Shown here one piece after another: positions 1 to 12,358 of a DNA stretch of 64,000 nt. The position numbers and the translations under genes are program-made. Source of the stretch: Phoronis australis (lineage: Eukaryota; Animalia; Phoronida); contig NMRA01000217.1 of the NCBI GenBank assembly GCA_002633005.1, positions 124,001 to 188,000 of the forward strand. The letters are read 5' to 3'. The stretch's first letter is position 1, and each line of letters begins with the position of its first letter. The notes under the pieces are model-generated. The model did no database searches and was not told the origin of the DNA. It saw only the letters and a program-made list of their open reading frames with translations.

Positions 1-558
1 AAAAGGGTGTTTATTACAAATACATTTGTTTTGAGGGAAATATTAGCATTTGTGTAGTGTGCGTACCTCTATATTTTAACATGTGCCTGTTTTCAAAGAA
101 AGGCAGACAGATATGCACATGTATGCTGTACTTTTTATTTGTTCTCTTTGAATAGATTTGGTAAATGAACTAACTCTCAGTAAATTCTAGGTATTTTTAT
201 AAACCTGACAAGTCATTGAAATCTAGTGTAGGCCTAAATACCCCTGTGTAGTGTACGTACACGTACATTCAACCTATGTACTATAAAGTATTGCCCACAA
301 GTATTTTTAAATACTGCTGTTCTCATGAACAATAGTTATATTTCCAAAATGCATCCAGTCTGACAAAAAATGTGCAATTATCAAATTTGTGGAAAATAAA
401 ATGCCACACAGGACTTGGCTAGAAACACCCTAGAGGACATGTCATGTGACAACTGATGTTGCAGAGGCAGGCTCTCTATCTCTCAAAACAACTTGCAACA
501 AACCAACAAGTGGAGGCAGCACAAAACTCGAGATCATTCCATACATTCGTAACTTAGT

Positions 559-566
<8 letters not shown>

Positions 567-622
<56 letters not shown>
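567..622. repeat. (TG)n microsatellite
   Basis: About 28 perfect TG units. Confidence 0.98.
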
Positions 623-625
<3 letters not shown>

Positions 626-1547
626 AAACAACAAAGAATGGATCAACTGAAATTTTCGGATATAATGACATCCTTCATCAACAGAAACAGAAATAAAGTA
701 AAATCAAACACTATATGACAATTGACATTTAAGATGTGGCGTAAAGAATATAATACATTGTTGCGGAAAAGATTCAATGATATAATTTAAGAAGTTTTTA
801 TGTTTAATCCATGAGGTTCTAGTGTATTGAGCTTGTCAAGCTTGTCAAGCTCATCGTTGATTGACTGTGCGTAGTGTACGTACCCCCACTAACCAGCACC
901 ATTGTTTACTGTTTACAAGTTGAACACTGGGCTTAGCCTTGCTTTAACTATTTTGACCAACTGGTGAATGTATTTAAAGCTAGGCAAATAGCACCAATAA
1001 AGTTTTGGAAAAAGTAGTTACTTGTAATTTTCTTTGTAAGAGAACAATTTTTCATTATACTGTGTTAAGATATGCAATGTATCATCATCTAGAACAACTT
1101 ATCAGCACGGTAATAACTTTTCTTACTTTAGTATGGGATACTTCATCAATTTGATCAAAAAATTAACAGCTACCTTATGAATTTTTGCATGATATAAGTA
1201 GGCTGTGACCACAAGTTTTAGTGTACGTACCCTTTTATACAACTGTGATGCATTAGGCCATAACATTTTATTCGGTGGTTCTTGTGCAAAAATATTTTAG
1301 ATTACAAACCTGGAATGATGGTACTTTAAAATAACATAGCTTTTACACTTATATGACAACTTTCATTTTTCACCAAAAGTGGCCACCGAACATGGACCTT
1401 GATTGTGATTTGCCCGTATGCAAAGCACGTGGGTGCAGAAAATAAGCTTAACGGATGCGGCAGAAATGAATGTCGCAAAAAAGCACCAAAACGCTGATTA
1501 GCACTCTCCTTTTAATTACAGATTGTCTAAAGATGCTTACATGTACG

Positions 1548-1857
1548 TAAGCCTAAAAACATAGTTGGTTCTGGTATGTCTTTTTCAAAATCTAGTCGCT
1601 GGTGTGATATTTATTTATTTGCTCAAATTTGCAATAAAGAAAATCCCCTAAGACGAATGAAAATCATAATGCGGGTTTTGTTTTTATGAATGTTTTGCTC
1701 ATCGCTTGGAACATGAAAATCATTGCGTTTCAAACCTTGCTTTCATGCTTAGAAAAAAAAAAACAATATATCTCGGTCGAAACTGATGCCTACCGACTTT
1801 TTAGTCGGTGAGAGCAGGTATCAAAATGAGTCGGGTAAAAGTTATGTTTTTGGCCTA
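1548..1857. mobile_element. Putative MITE
   Basis: Imperfect TIRs taagcctaaaaacatagtt and agttatgtttttggccta. Confidence 0.4.
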
Positions 1858-2179
1858 ATATGTTAGTTTCAATTTGCTTTGAACATCATGGAACTCTAGC
1901 CCCGTAATGTCAACTCCCGCACGTGACAAGTGTATTCTATTGTTGAAATGAAGTTACGTATTTGCGGAAACACGTGAGTTTTGGTTGTTGAGTGTTTGTT
2001 CTGCAATAATAAAGGCCATATTAACAGGTGCGTTTGCGTAACTTTCAAAAAACTATTCGTAGCGTGTAGCTAAGTGTATGTGTGCTCATGTTTGCATCAA
2101 TTATTTATCCTTTCAACTCTTTCTCTAATAATTCATGTGTACGATGTTTACCTATTGCCCAAATACGTTTTGGTTAATT

Positions 2180-2500
2180 CCATTTCGACGCAGTAAATGT
2201 TATTTGCAGTATTTACCTATACCGGTGAAATAAAATTTAAAAAGTGAAAAGTTTTCCTTGACCAATACTTTGTGTTGCTGACAGCGTACATTGTACTTCC
2301 CAATTGTCCCGCTCTTGGTGGTGTATCCCACTTTTTAAATATTTTCCCGCCATCCCGCCACACTGACCCGCTTTTGACACACGGTGACACTGACATACTG
2401 TCATATACTACTGTAGCTTCCCAAGCGACATAGCACAATTTTCCCGTTTGACTAAAAAGAAAAACGGTACGTTTCGTAGGTTTTTGAGGCACCCGCAATT
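2180..2500. repeat. Dispersed repeat; inverted copy of 6760-7065
   Basis: Reverse-complement similarity, e.g. ccgccatcccg/cgggatggcgg, tttgactaaa/tttagtcaaa, ggcaccc/gggtgcc. Confidence 0.7.
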
Positions 2501-2760
2501 GCCCATTTGACTTATAAAGTATGCATTTGGATGTAACGTCTCTCGATCGACAAAAAATGCTTGTGGACTAGTTTGTTCACTAAATATCCGTGGTGGTGGG
2601 CGCGGAAACCGTGGTCTATTTCTTTCGAAATGTTTCCCATAGTAACATGATTCTCAAAATCCGAGAACTGTCTATGCTTTATCGCTGTGTTAGTTCGACT
2701 GATTGTAGTGAATTGTATTGTGAGAATTTCTGATCCCAATCTTTATGCCTGTGTTTATAG

Positions 2761-3117
2761 GTAGAAATCATAAGCTCGACTGGCAACGGCACTTACGGAA
2801 TAACGGAAACTTCCGGGGATTCGGCTCAGGAATGCTCGACCATGGATAATTCCTCGACTACATCGCTACCTGAGGTCATGTTTACAAACCACAAATCACT
2901 GAGGGCGGGTTTCCTGCCAACAATTAAACGAGGACTTAGGGTCCGATATGAAGCCGCCAAGACTGTATGGACATATATGTTGTCCATCGCCCTTGCCTAC
3001 TTTATGACGCTAGCCTTGTTCCCTGGTATTGAATCGGAGATTACCAGTTGCTCACTCGGAAGTTGGATGCCTGTCATCATCATGGCAATTTTCAACGCGT
3101 GTGATTTCATCGGAAAG
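2761..3117 (+). CDS. SLC29A4: ENT4 exon (cytoplasmic loop and TM7-8)
   Basis: Acceptor tttatag|GTA at 2760 and donor AAG|gttagt at 3118; in frame with ORF 2842-3126. Confidence 0.85.
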
Positions 3118-6100
3118 GTTAGTTAAATCCACTGTATCTACTGATTTAGTGTCGAAAACTCCATTTAAATTAATCAACTGAAAACTGTGTTGTTGAGCCC
3201 GGCTATCTTCCGTTGTGCCGGTCTTGACTGTTTTGACACAACTGACCCAGAGTATGACCTCTGCTCTATTTCGACTAAACCATTGATTGTAGAAACAGAT
3301 TCGCAACTCCGACATTTTCTTGCGTAATATCCTAGAGGAGGCGCCCCTTTCCTAAATTATCTGATGCAGTTTCCGGCTAGTGTATTGTGATGACGCAACA
3401 ACGGACCATGATTAGCAGACGACGTACTTGCCGGAAATAACACCAGATAATTTGGCCAGGTGTCGCTAGTGAATAGGATGTCATTGCTTCTGTAAGAGTA
3501 CAGATTTCGTCCATGGAAAATATACAGAGTTGGCGGCCCATGTACTATAGTCTATGGTTACACGATTATAGAATCTTCTAGAAATCTACGCTTAGTGTTG
3601 AGCAATAAAGTGGCTGTAGTTCATTTACCCATTATCACACTTATACCTGCCTTTGTTGCCATTTTTGTTTACTGTAAATACTCTCACGGTTTATTATCGT
3701 ATTTTTATTTAATTTCATGTCCCTTGTTGGAATTTCACCGTCATGTGTTTATTTATTTATTTATTATCCAAATTCTCAACCTGTCTTAATTTTTGCTTTG
3801 ATACATGTATTTAATTATTGTTTGACTACTTTATTGTATTACATTGTACTGTATTGTATTGTATTGTATTGTATTACATTGTGCTGTATTACATCATGTG
3901 TGCCCTGGGCTCTTGGAAAGCAGTGTCGACAGGGAAGAGGTCGCCCTCATTTTAAATATCATAATAAATTAAATTAAATTGAAAAACTACGCATTAGGGG
4001 TAGTGACGTGGCCTTGCGCAGGAGTGTAGAGAGTATCTCGGGCAGGGCTTGATGCTGGAGTGACACTGGTTGTATATGCGTCGGGCTCGTGCACGTTTTT
4101 CTATAATTGGTGTCGAGTGAAAGAGTATAGTCGGATTGGCTGACGAGCCACTACTCAATTGAAATATCAATTATGGTTTTGCAACACATTTGAGTGACAG
4201 TTGTCGTTGTCCTTTAATCGTGACAAGCGCGCACAGGCACATTAATTAATAGTACTTCAATTGATTTCCTACGGAGTACCAAGAATTATTTGTCAGGCAG
4301 TCGATTCCTTGGAAGGGTTCAAAAGACAGCTGTTTATTTACTGTTCTTAGCAGAGTGTGTATCGCGTTTTTTAAATGGAAAATACCTCGTTGTTTGATTA
4401 ACAGCACACTGCAACTACTAATTCAAATGGCTCCAGACGCCTAAAATACAACCAATTTTTCACAGATAAATACATTTCCCACTTAGGAATGATAAATCTC
4501 AAGCGGTAACAAGTTGTTATATGCGTGGGCCTGTCTAAAAACTGTGCTATGCTCGCGTACATACATTTAAGGCCGCAAGCCTATCTACGACGTTTCCCCT
4601 ATATCTGGAAATAGGAACGTGCGCCTAAATATGAAACACGTCGGTATAAACGATCAACAAATGTTGTAAAAAGTTCGTGAGTGGAACCTGGCGATCTGTT
4701 GGAGAATCGTATTGAGACGTTGACGTGTATTCAATTTAACACTTCGCCTGTGAATGACGTGAATCAGTTAGTAAAAGGTCCAGATTCTCAAAAATTCGAG
4801 CCCCCATTTTTTAAGCTATCTGCACGCATGGTGATAGATGTATTATTCAAAAAGCGTACGCAATAGGAATGTGCAGAGTGTGCCTAAATCTTCCGATTAA
4901 TGCAAAGTGTCTTTTGTAGATCATCGCCTCGCTGAAGTACGACTGGCCACGGGGTCGTTTGGTGCTATGTTCTTTGTGCAGATGCTTGTTGATTCCATTG
5001 ATGATGTTAGCAGCCATGCCTAGGGAAGATCCCGTCATTCACGTGAGTAATTCCGCCCTTAGACGTCCTTCCCACAGTTATAGGGCATTTCGTGATACCT
5101 CAATAATCCCGGAGCAGGCCAGGAATAGTGGATAACCATGGGATGCGTTGGGTCTACGAATCAAAGCAAAAAAACACACTCAAACTTTTCAAATTTGAGC
5201 AATAAAAATGCATTTATGCCCATAATAGACCTCTTGGCGTGTACTCTTCTGCGCATTAAAAAACGAGGGGTTAGGTGAGATCTAGGGAAACTTCTACAGC
5301 GTGGAAGACGCAATGGATGTCGTCGATTTCCAAATTTAACAGTTTCTGCAGAACTTAATTGCGGCGATAGTATACAGTATATGCGTCACCCACAATTGGA
5401 GTTTATTTCTTGCCTCATTGGTGGAGAGTGCTAATTAGAGAGACGATTAGCGTTGACCAATTATTTTCTGTTACTGGTTATTAAGCATCAGTGCAAGTGT
5501 TGCTTCCGATAAGAAATAAAAGTACAGGCTCTTCAATCGCTTCGTCAGCTCTTATATCTTATTTCTGAAACGCGGTATTGTGACTACCCAGGCGTGTCTT
5601 GCTTCCACGGAACGCAAGTACTAGGCCTGTTTCCTGGAAAGTCGGTTGGCTTTTGTCGTTTGATTCCGGCCAAAAGTAAGTCTACGGATTTCCGCCTTAA
5701 ACTGACTTTGAGTTGTGGACGGAATTTCTGACTTTTAGGCTTATTCTCATGAAACAGGCTGCGCCGTCTGTAGACAAAAACCAATAGACTTTTCAAGAAA
5801 TATGTTCTTGGTGAATTTAAACTTGCATCTCAGAAAAAATGCTTATCGATCAACACAAACCCAAACATTGTCAAGTGAAGGTCATCTCCTTGCGATTAGG
5901 AGATTCGGGAAGCCGTGAGTGCTGCCCCTGTCTGGTTGATCAACGAAACATAAAGCCATAATATGTGTATAACAATAACTTCGAAAGGCTAAAATTTCCT
6001 TAAAATACACGTATAGTCATAGAATAAAGCAGCACATGCGCTCTAATACGATAACAAACGCATACACCTAGGACAGATAATAACAGAAATATATTTTTAA

Positions 6101-9100
6101 CACTAGGGCAATGGCTGCTTTGAAAAACTTACTGAAGCATTCATACAAAATTATGATTTTATTTAGTAATTGAACCTTTGATACCATTTGATGCAACTTC
6201 ATTATGAGTAACAATTAAGAATGACGTGACAAAGAATGTGATAAAAGTAATTATTTCAATTACCTGTCCGAAATTTGCAGATAATGGTTTTCTAATGGAC
6301 AGAAATGGGCAATTATCTACATGTACTGTGTAGCTCATTGCGTTGGTTGTAGAGTAGGACTTTACATAGACATTTAGCAACATACTCATTTTCTCTCTAA
6401 GTGTAAATTAGTGATGCTGATATATGTAGTGTGTGTTATTGTAAACCAGAGACGTTGAAACTCTTTTTGCGAATGTTAGTTAATACGTCAAAATAGAAAG
6501 TGAGGTCTGGAAAACATTAACAGTTTTCACAACAAAGAGACAATGTAACACCCGTTACAAAGTTTTCAACATTCGAGGATGAAAAGTGGGACATCTGTAT
6601 TGTAAAACGGGACATACGGATTAAAGGCGGGACATCTGGGTCTATGCCAAAACACACGTCCCCACAGTTTTATTTTGTGGAACGGGAGGTTAAAGATGTC
6701 GTAACACCAAAAAGCGTCCAATGGGGCTTTTTGTTTTTTAGTCGAACGGGAAATAATTTTTGGGTGCCGCAAAAACCCTCGAACGTCTCGTTTTTTTCTG
6801 TTTAGTCAAATGAAACTATAGAACTATATCGCATGGCCAATCAATGGTGTATGTTATATGTCAATATCGCCGAGTGTCAAAGGGTGTAACGGGATGGCGG
6901 AAGAAATTCAAAAAGTGTAACAGTCCTCATAGAGGAGAAACAGTTGGCAATTACGCTCTCGGTGACACAAAATATTGGATTTTTTGCAAACCTTTCATTT
7001 TTAATTTTATTTTCACGAGTAAAGGCAAATGCTACACATAACATTACTGCCCAGGAATCGAATTAGCATTATATCTGGGGAACATTTCAGAAATGAGGTA
7101 TTATAGAAATCATACAAAACAGTATATACACACACGCACAGATATACGCAAAGAAATACATGAGTACTTTTTCTTAAGTTATGTAATCCCATCTGTTAGT
7201 AAACTTCATTTATGATTGCAGATGGAACATTTATAAACCAAAAGTCGTTTATTTTCGTAAAATACTGTAACTTGATTATAGCTTCCAAGAATGCTTTCTT
7301 GAAGAACTAGCATGTAGTTTGATACATGTAGCTTGTCGATTTGGCATTATGATTCCATCTAGTAGATGGTGTAGTTTAATTAGTGTCATTCTCCATTGAC
7401 TGTTTGAAATATGACCTTTGTTGGCTCTCATCGCGTTGATGATTTTTCTCAGAAAAACACGTACGAATCAGGTGGTAAACGGACGCATAAGGTATTCCCA
7501 TATTTCGTGCCAAAGCAACGCAATTTCGGTAATATTTCATGAACACAGATGAGTGGAATTCTTTGATTGGAAATATTCAAAGCAAACAGGAATCATTGAA
7601 AGCTCGTGAATTAAACATAAAAAACTTTGTCCTGCATTTTTTCCAAATCACTTTTGATATTAGAAAAAAATGCCGGCTGAAAATTTTTACACCTGATATG
7701 TGGATGGTTTTCAGCGGGAGCGGAGTATTACGATGTCACCCCGGTTGTAACGTTAGCCCTCTCTCCCCGGTTGCCACCTACTTCGACTCCCCCTGTCGCC
7801 ACCTGTTTCCAGAAACCCCGTCCCTCTTCTGGCGCCCGGATGCAACTGCCATGTCCTTCCTTCGAGACAATTGGAAATGCCGGGATTTTTGGACTTACAC
7901 AGTGACTAACTCTGCCGCAGCCAGGATGGCACGTGTGGGTCATGACACCCCTGTTTTTTGCAAAATGAGACCTCCTGGTCAAAACCCAATTTCTTTTGCG
8001 TGTGACNCCCCCCCCCCCTCCGTCAACAACCATTCCCCATTTCTCCATTTGGACACTCTTTTGAATATTTGTGGCTACAATATGACAGTAGTGACTAAAC
8101 CAAGCTGTTCAACTGCTCGGTAATGCACAATTCACGTTTTTTTCTTTGGAGATTTTAATTGTTTTGAAATTAACAAAACAATACGTGTACATTTGTTCTA
8201 TCACAATCACCAGTGGATAGAGATTAGCTCACCGAAATGTAACATTGACTTGCTCGTCAGTCAATGACGTCATCCCTATTCGAATGTTTGGTTGAATGCT
8301 TTTCGTTTTTTTATCATCCACATCCAACATGAGCAAGTCTAGTAAGAGCGCCAAATCCAACATATGTCGTTTTCTTGTTAACTACAGCGCCACCATTTAA
8401 AAATGGTCGAACTACATGTTGTTGCGGAAACAAAAAATGGAACACGAAGCATACGCGAACGTGACCCTGTGACCTCTGGTTATTCACACGTTCGCCACGT
8501 ACATGTAGCCAAAGCTCTCTAATACGCTTTCAATGACAACATGGTCGGCGTTCAGAAATCGTTCCGGAATTGACGTACTAAGAACTAAGGTTAAGGAAAC
8601 AGACAGGATATTCGATAATTTACTTATTTCGTCCGAGGTACAAATTTGTGTTTAAAAGGCGTGTAGTTTGCTAACAGAAAAGAGACAAACATATTACCTC
8701 ATTACTAGATTTTGTATATTTTTCAAGTGTTTGAACTAGATTAATATTAAACCTTTGAGATAAGGTCTTTAGTAAAATATTTCAATATCGAAGTATAATA
8801 TAAGCGCGAGTTGAACATTATGAAAAATAACTGTAAATCGCGAGACTGCGTTTAATTTTAGGCTGAAGCGTGGTCTTTGGGATTGTCAGCTGTGCTCGGT
8901 TTGACCAACGGTTACTTCGGAAGTGTTCCCATGATTATTGCGCCGAGTAAAGTGAAGGTGGAACACAGAGAGATAACAGGTATGTCAGGGTCCGGTGCTT
9001 ACCGTATTGCCGAACCATTAGGTCTATGGGCCTCTATGCGGAACTGTGCTTATGTGCTGCGAAAAAGGCATTATTTCGGATATAGGCCCATGGTCTTTAA

Positions 9101-9974
9101 GTCCCAGCAAACGATAATACTAAACTATTTTTCCACATTTCTTGAAAATACGCCGAAGAACTCCAAGGATACAGAGGGAAACGTAAAAAATGCCATGAGG
9201 AGGCACAGCGGTAGTCAAACATGTGTGCCTATATATACGAATTAATGTTTGGGCCTATGCAGGGGACATTACTTGAGATTGGGTGAAAAAAATTCGCAAA
9301 AAACATTTCGGGTCTAAAGGTGTGGCAATACGGTAATCTTTGCTCTCGAGGTCCAACTCAAAATTATTATTGATATTTTTATGCACCTGAAACCTGGTTT
9401 CTGCTCTTAAATTTTCCGTTTTTTCTTTCATGCGAACTCAAGATAAATGTCTATTATTCTACGCTCGAGTTCATTATTTTATGGTTTATGCTTATGGATT
9501 TCTATTCCATGTTCGTTCTTGATGACCCCTAGATTTGAGCAACAAGCTCGGCTGTAAACTCGAGATTTCGTGTAACCTTTTGGGTTCAGACTCGACCTTA
9601 TAGCTTTAATCCTGAGGTCAACAAGTGCAAACTGGTGTTGTACATTCAACGTACCAAACACGAATATTATGGGCACTGTCCGTGATAATTGAAAAGATTT
9701 ATTAAATGACTGTGCTTCACAAAGAGACATAATGATGTCGAACGTTTTATTCTGCTTTCCTGCAGGAAATATCATGACGCTTTCCTACAGTATTGGTCTG
9801 ACACTCGGCAGCGCCATGTCATACCTTCTGGACGCCTGGATAGGAGAACCGCTTGACTATGACCCGTGTTCCATGAACGGGTCACACATACTCCAGAATG
9901 GGACGGCACTATTGCGCAACTACGCTGTAAATTACTCACCACTACGAAACATTCTCACAGAAAATGGTAGATAG
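2761..9974 (+). CDS. SLC29A4: Equilibrative nucleoside transporter 4 (ENT4/PMAT-like), 3' part; exons 2761-3117, 4920-5042, 8862-8979, 9766-9974; 5' exons not found in window
   Basis: The spliced translation carries ENT-family motifs typical of ENT4: YFMTLALFPGIESE, IFNACDFIGK, GLTNGYFGSVPMI and GNIMTLSYSIGLTLGS. All three introns are GT-AG and phase-compatible (0,0,1). The C-terminal tail has N-glycosylation sequons (NGS, NGT), as in vertebrate ENT4. Confidence 0.9.
3833..3890. repeat. (ATTGT)n pentanucleotide microsatellite
   Basis: attgtattgtattgtattgt core with degenerate flanks. Confidence 0.85.
4920..5042 (+). CDS. SLC29A4: ENT4 exon (TM9), IIASLKYDWPRGRLVLCSLCRCLLIPLMMLAAMPREDPVIH
   Basis: Boundaries ttttgtag|ATC and CAC|gtgagt; 123 nt, phase 0-0. 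Not in the ORF track; translated by hand. Confidence 0.85.
6760..7065. repeat. Dispersed repeat; inverted copy of 2180-2500
   Basis: Colinear reverse-complement match to 2180-2500; preceded by three gggacat subterminal-like motifs at 6588-6630. Confidence 0.7.
8862..8979 (+). CDS. SLC29A4: ENT4 exon (TM10), AEAWSLGLSAVLGLTNGYFGSVPMIIAPSKVKVEHREITG
   Basis: Boundaries ttttag|GCT and ACAG|gtatgt; contains the GLTNGY ENT signature. Confidence 0.9.
8986..9348. mobile_element. Putative MITE immediately after an ENT4 splice donor
   Basis: Perfect 13-bp inverted repeat ttaccgtattgcc (8999-9011) and ggcaatacggtaa (9324-9336), with weaker extensions. Confidence 0.5.
9766..9974 (+). CDS. SLC29A4: ENT4 last coding exon (TM11 and C-terminal tail)
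   Basis: Acceptor cctgcag|GA in phase 1; stop TAG at 9972-9974; AATAAA at 10015. Confidence 0.9.
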
Positions 9975-11729
9975 ACTAGTCTCACTCAGCCACATCGTAA
10001 GGCGAAAAATAAGCAATAAAAACACGAAATCTTCATGATTTTTACTTCAGTCTTGAGGTTCTCGAATAATATCCTGTTAGCAGGTTATAAAGCGTGTTCA
10101 GTGGCCGGTTTCATAAAAGGTACTTTGGACTCAGTTAGGCGCCACAATTTTATTTCGTGAAATTGATTTTATTTCATCTAATAAAATGTACAGATTCTCT
10201 CAAACTATAATCATAACATCTAGTGCTTAGAAAATGTTAAATATATAATTTCTAAACTGTGGTGTGCTAACCGTTACATGACAGAAACTTATTCAGTAAT
10301 CGTGTGAAGAGGGATCTTAGGTCAAAATTTCTGACAGAAGTCTGAAGTCATTTTTCGAAAGTGATCTCGATGAAGAAACTCGTACGAACTGTACGATTTA
10401 GGTGTTACATTAACTGTTGAGACCAATAAGGCGCAGTTTGTGAAAAATGACGCTCGGATTTGGAACTGTTTTGGCGGACGAAACTGTCTTCATGAAATTG
10501 TACTGAGAGGTAACAGCAATCACACCCGTTTTTGTCAGAAGGTTGTTTCAGCAAATTAATGTTCATAGGCGTACTTAGGGAGGGTCTACCCCCCGCCTCT
10601 GACACGACCAAGGAAAAAACACCGTGGGCATGCTCTTTTTAGGTTTTAGGGCTAATGCATTATCTATTGCAACTTTACGATTGCCCCCTCCCCTTCTCCT
10701 GCCAATTCTTGCGATGTCCTGGATCTGCCAGTGCAGTTTCCAGACTTGGGTATCTGTAACAGTGGATCGAGTTAGTGATTGTATTATTTCACGTTTCATG
10801 CTACCCCCAACTGTTGTTGATGAACCAGTGCATGATTTGAGATGTTGTGTTGCATAATAAAAGGCAAACGAAATGTTTGTGCGTTATACTACATGTTCAC
10901 ACCCCGGAGTATAATATTTATAGCCGAAATCCTACTCGAAATTATGATGACGTTTTCCGTTCTTAGTAGTGTCTATTTTAGTGAGCTAGAGAAATTATCA
11001 TACTATTAGTATGGTTTACGAAGATGGATATCTATGCCAAGCTAGCACATGGTGACATCGAGTTTTCAGCTATAAACTTGGGTAATAATCGGAGATTTCG
11101 AGCTCGCACTGAAATTTAGAGTTTTAATGCTGTGATCATTTAGAGCAAACAAAAATTAGTCGTCTACGGTAAACCTTAATATGCTTGAGCACAAAATAGA
11201 CACTTATTGTGAGTTTTTATTAAAGAAATGCGAAAAATATCATCAGAATTGTGAGTTAGATTTCGCGTACGGGTCACAGAGGTTTCAAATTCGCACACAT
11301 AAACAGGCCTATTAATAACGCGTCTAATTCACAAATGCTTCGAATCACTGAATGTTTAATCCAAATAATGATTAAAAGAACAAATGAAAGCTATGGCAAC
11401 AATACTACAGTGTACAATTTAGAAATAATATTTAGGTCCGATGAAACGTCGCCATGATCACTCGATTCTGCAATAAATGCTCATTAGCTTTATTTCCCTT
11501 TCTATATTCGTCATCATTGGCCTCGTTGTGGTCACCTTATCATTACCACCAATGTTATCGCAATCATTGCCAACACCGTCGCTATCATATGAGCATGAAA
11601 ATTTTTATACCTACTGTTTGATATTTTGAATAAAGAAATGAAACAACCGCTGGCGCGGGTAAGTCAAATTTAGCGACGTTGCACCCGCATCCGGAGAGAT
11701 TAAGCTTTGCTGCTAATGCTGTGATGGCC

Positions 11730-11748
11730 TGGCCAATAGGTGGCGCTT
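11730..11748 (+). promoter_or_regulatory. CTCF-like motif
   Basis: TGGCCAATAGGTGGCGCTT versus consensus TGGCCACCAGRKGGCRST. Confidence 0.4.
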
Positions 11749-12228
11749 TAAAATCTGAGACCGCCATGTCGACTTAATGGCAGTTTTCCACATCCGCTGG
11801 TGTAAGCCTTCTTTTAACCTCTCCTAAGCCCCAATTCTTCTCAAAATCCAAGACATTATTGTGATCCTTAGGAAAGTCCTAATGAGTTAAGTTACATCAA
11901 AGGATTTCTTAGCCAGTATTGTTATCCACGTTGGTCGTTTATTCAGCGGAAACGCCAAGTCTGACAGCAACACTAGTCCCCCTGCACTGTCATCATCGTC
12001 ATCACATCATCATCATCATTTTCGCCATAATCATCAACGCAACAATCATCAACGTCACCATCGTCGTCACATTCATCTGAGCAACATTAGCAACGGCCAT
12101 ATTGACTTTCGCACCTTCGATCTAATCCCTTTCACCCTATTCATTACTGCCACCTTTTTAATCACTGTTCAGGATGTTTTCATTGTTATGAACTCTAAGA
12201 TTCGAACACCATTATCTTGTCCTCCTCG

Positions 12229-12358
12229 TCATGCATCCTGTGTCGGTTGAATCGCCACCGTTAATTCGGCCGTGTATGTGCCCTGCAGCTCATAAATGTT
12301 GTTGTCGTAACTGTTCACTTGTTCGTCTTCGTTTACAACCATAGCGTTCATCTTTCGC
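12229..12358 (-). CDS. Cytoplasmic tail exon (RRKMNAMVVNEDEQVNSYDNNIYELQGTYTAELTVAIQPTQDA*)
   Basis: Acceptor attctag|G in phase 2 continues the basic cluster RKRRK; NxxY-type motif; stop TGA at 12231-12229. Confidence 0.7.

Noticed and set aside
446-718. 90-aa ORF with a CVCVCV run
   Set aside because: It is a translation of the (TG)n microsatellite.
7539-8123. 194-aa ORF in an ENT4 intron
   Set aside because: No recognisable domain; it spans an N and a GC-rich repeat-like patch and is not needed for the ENT4 model.
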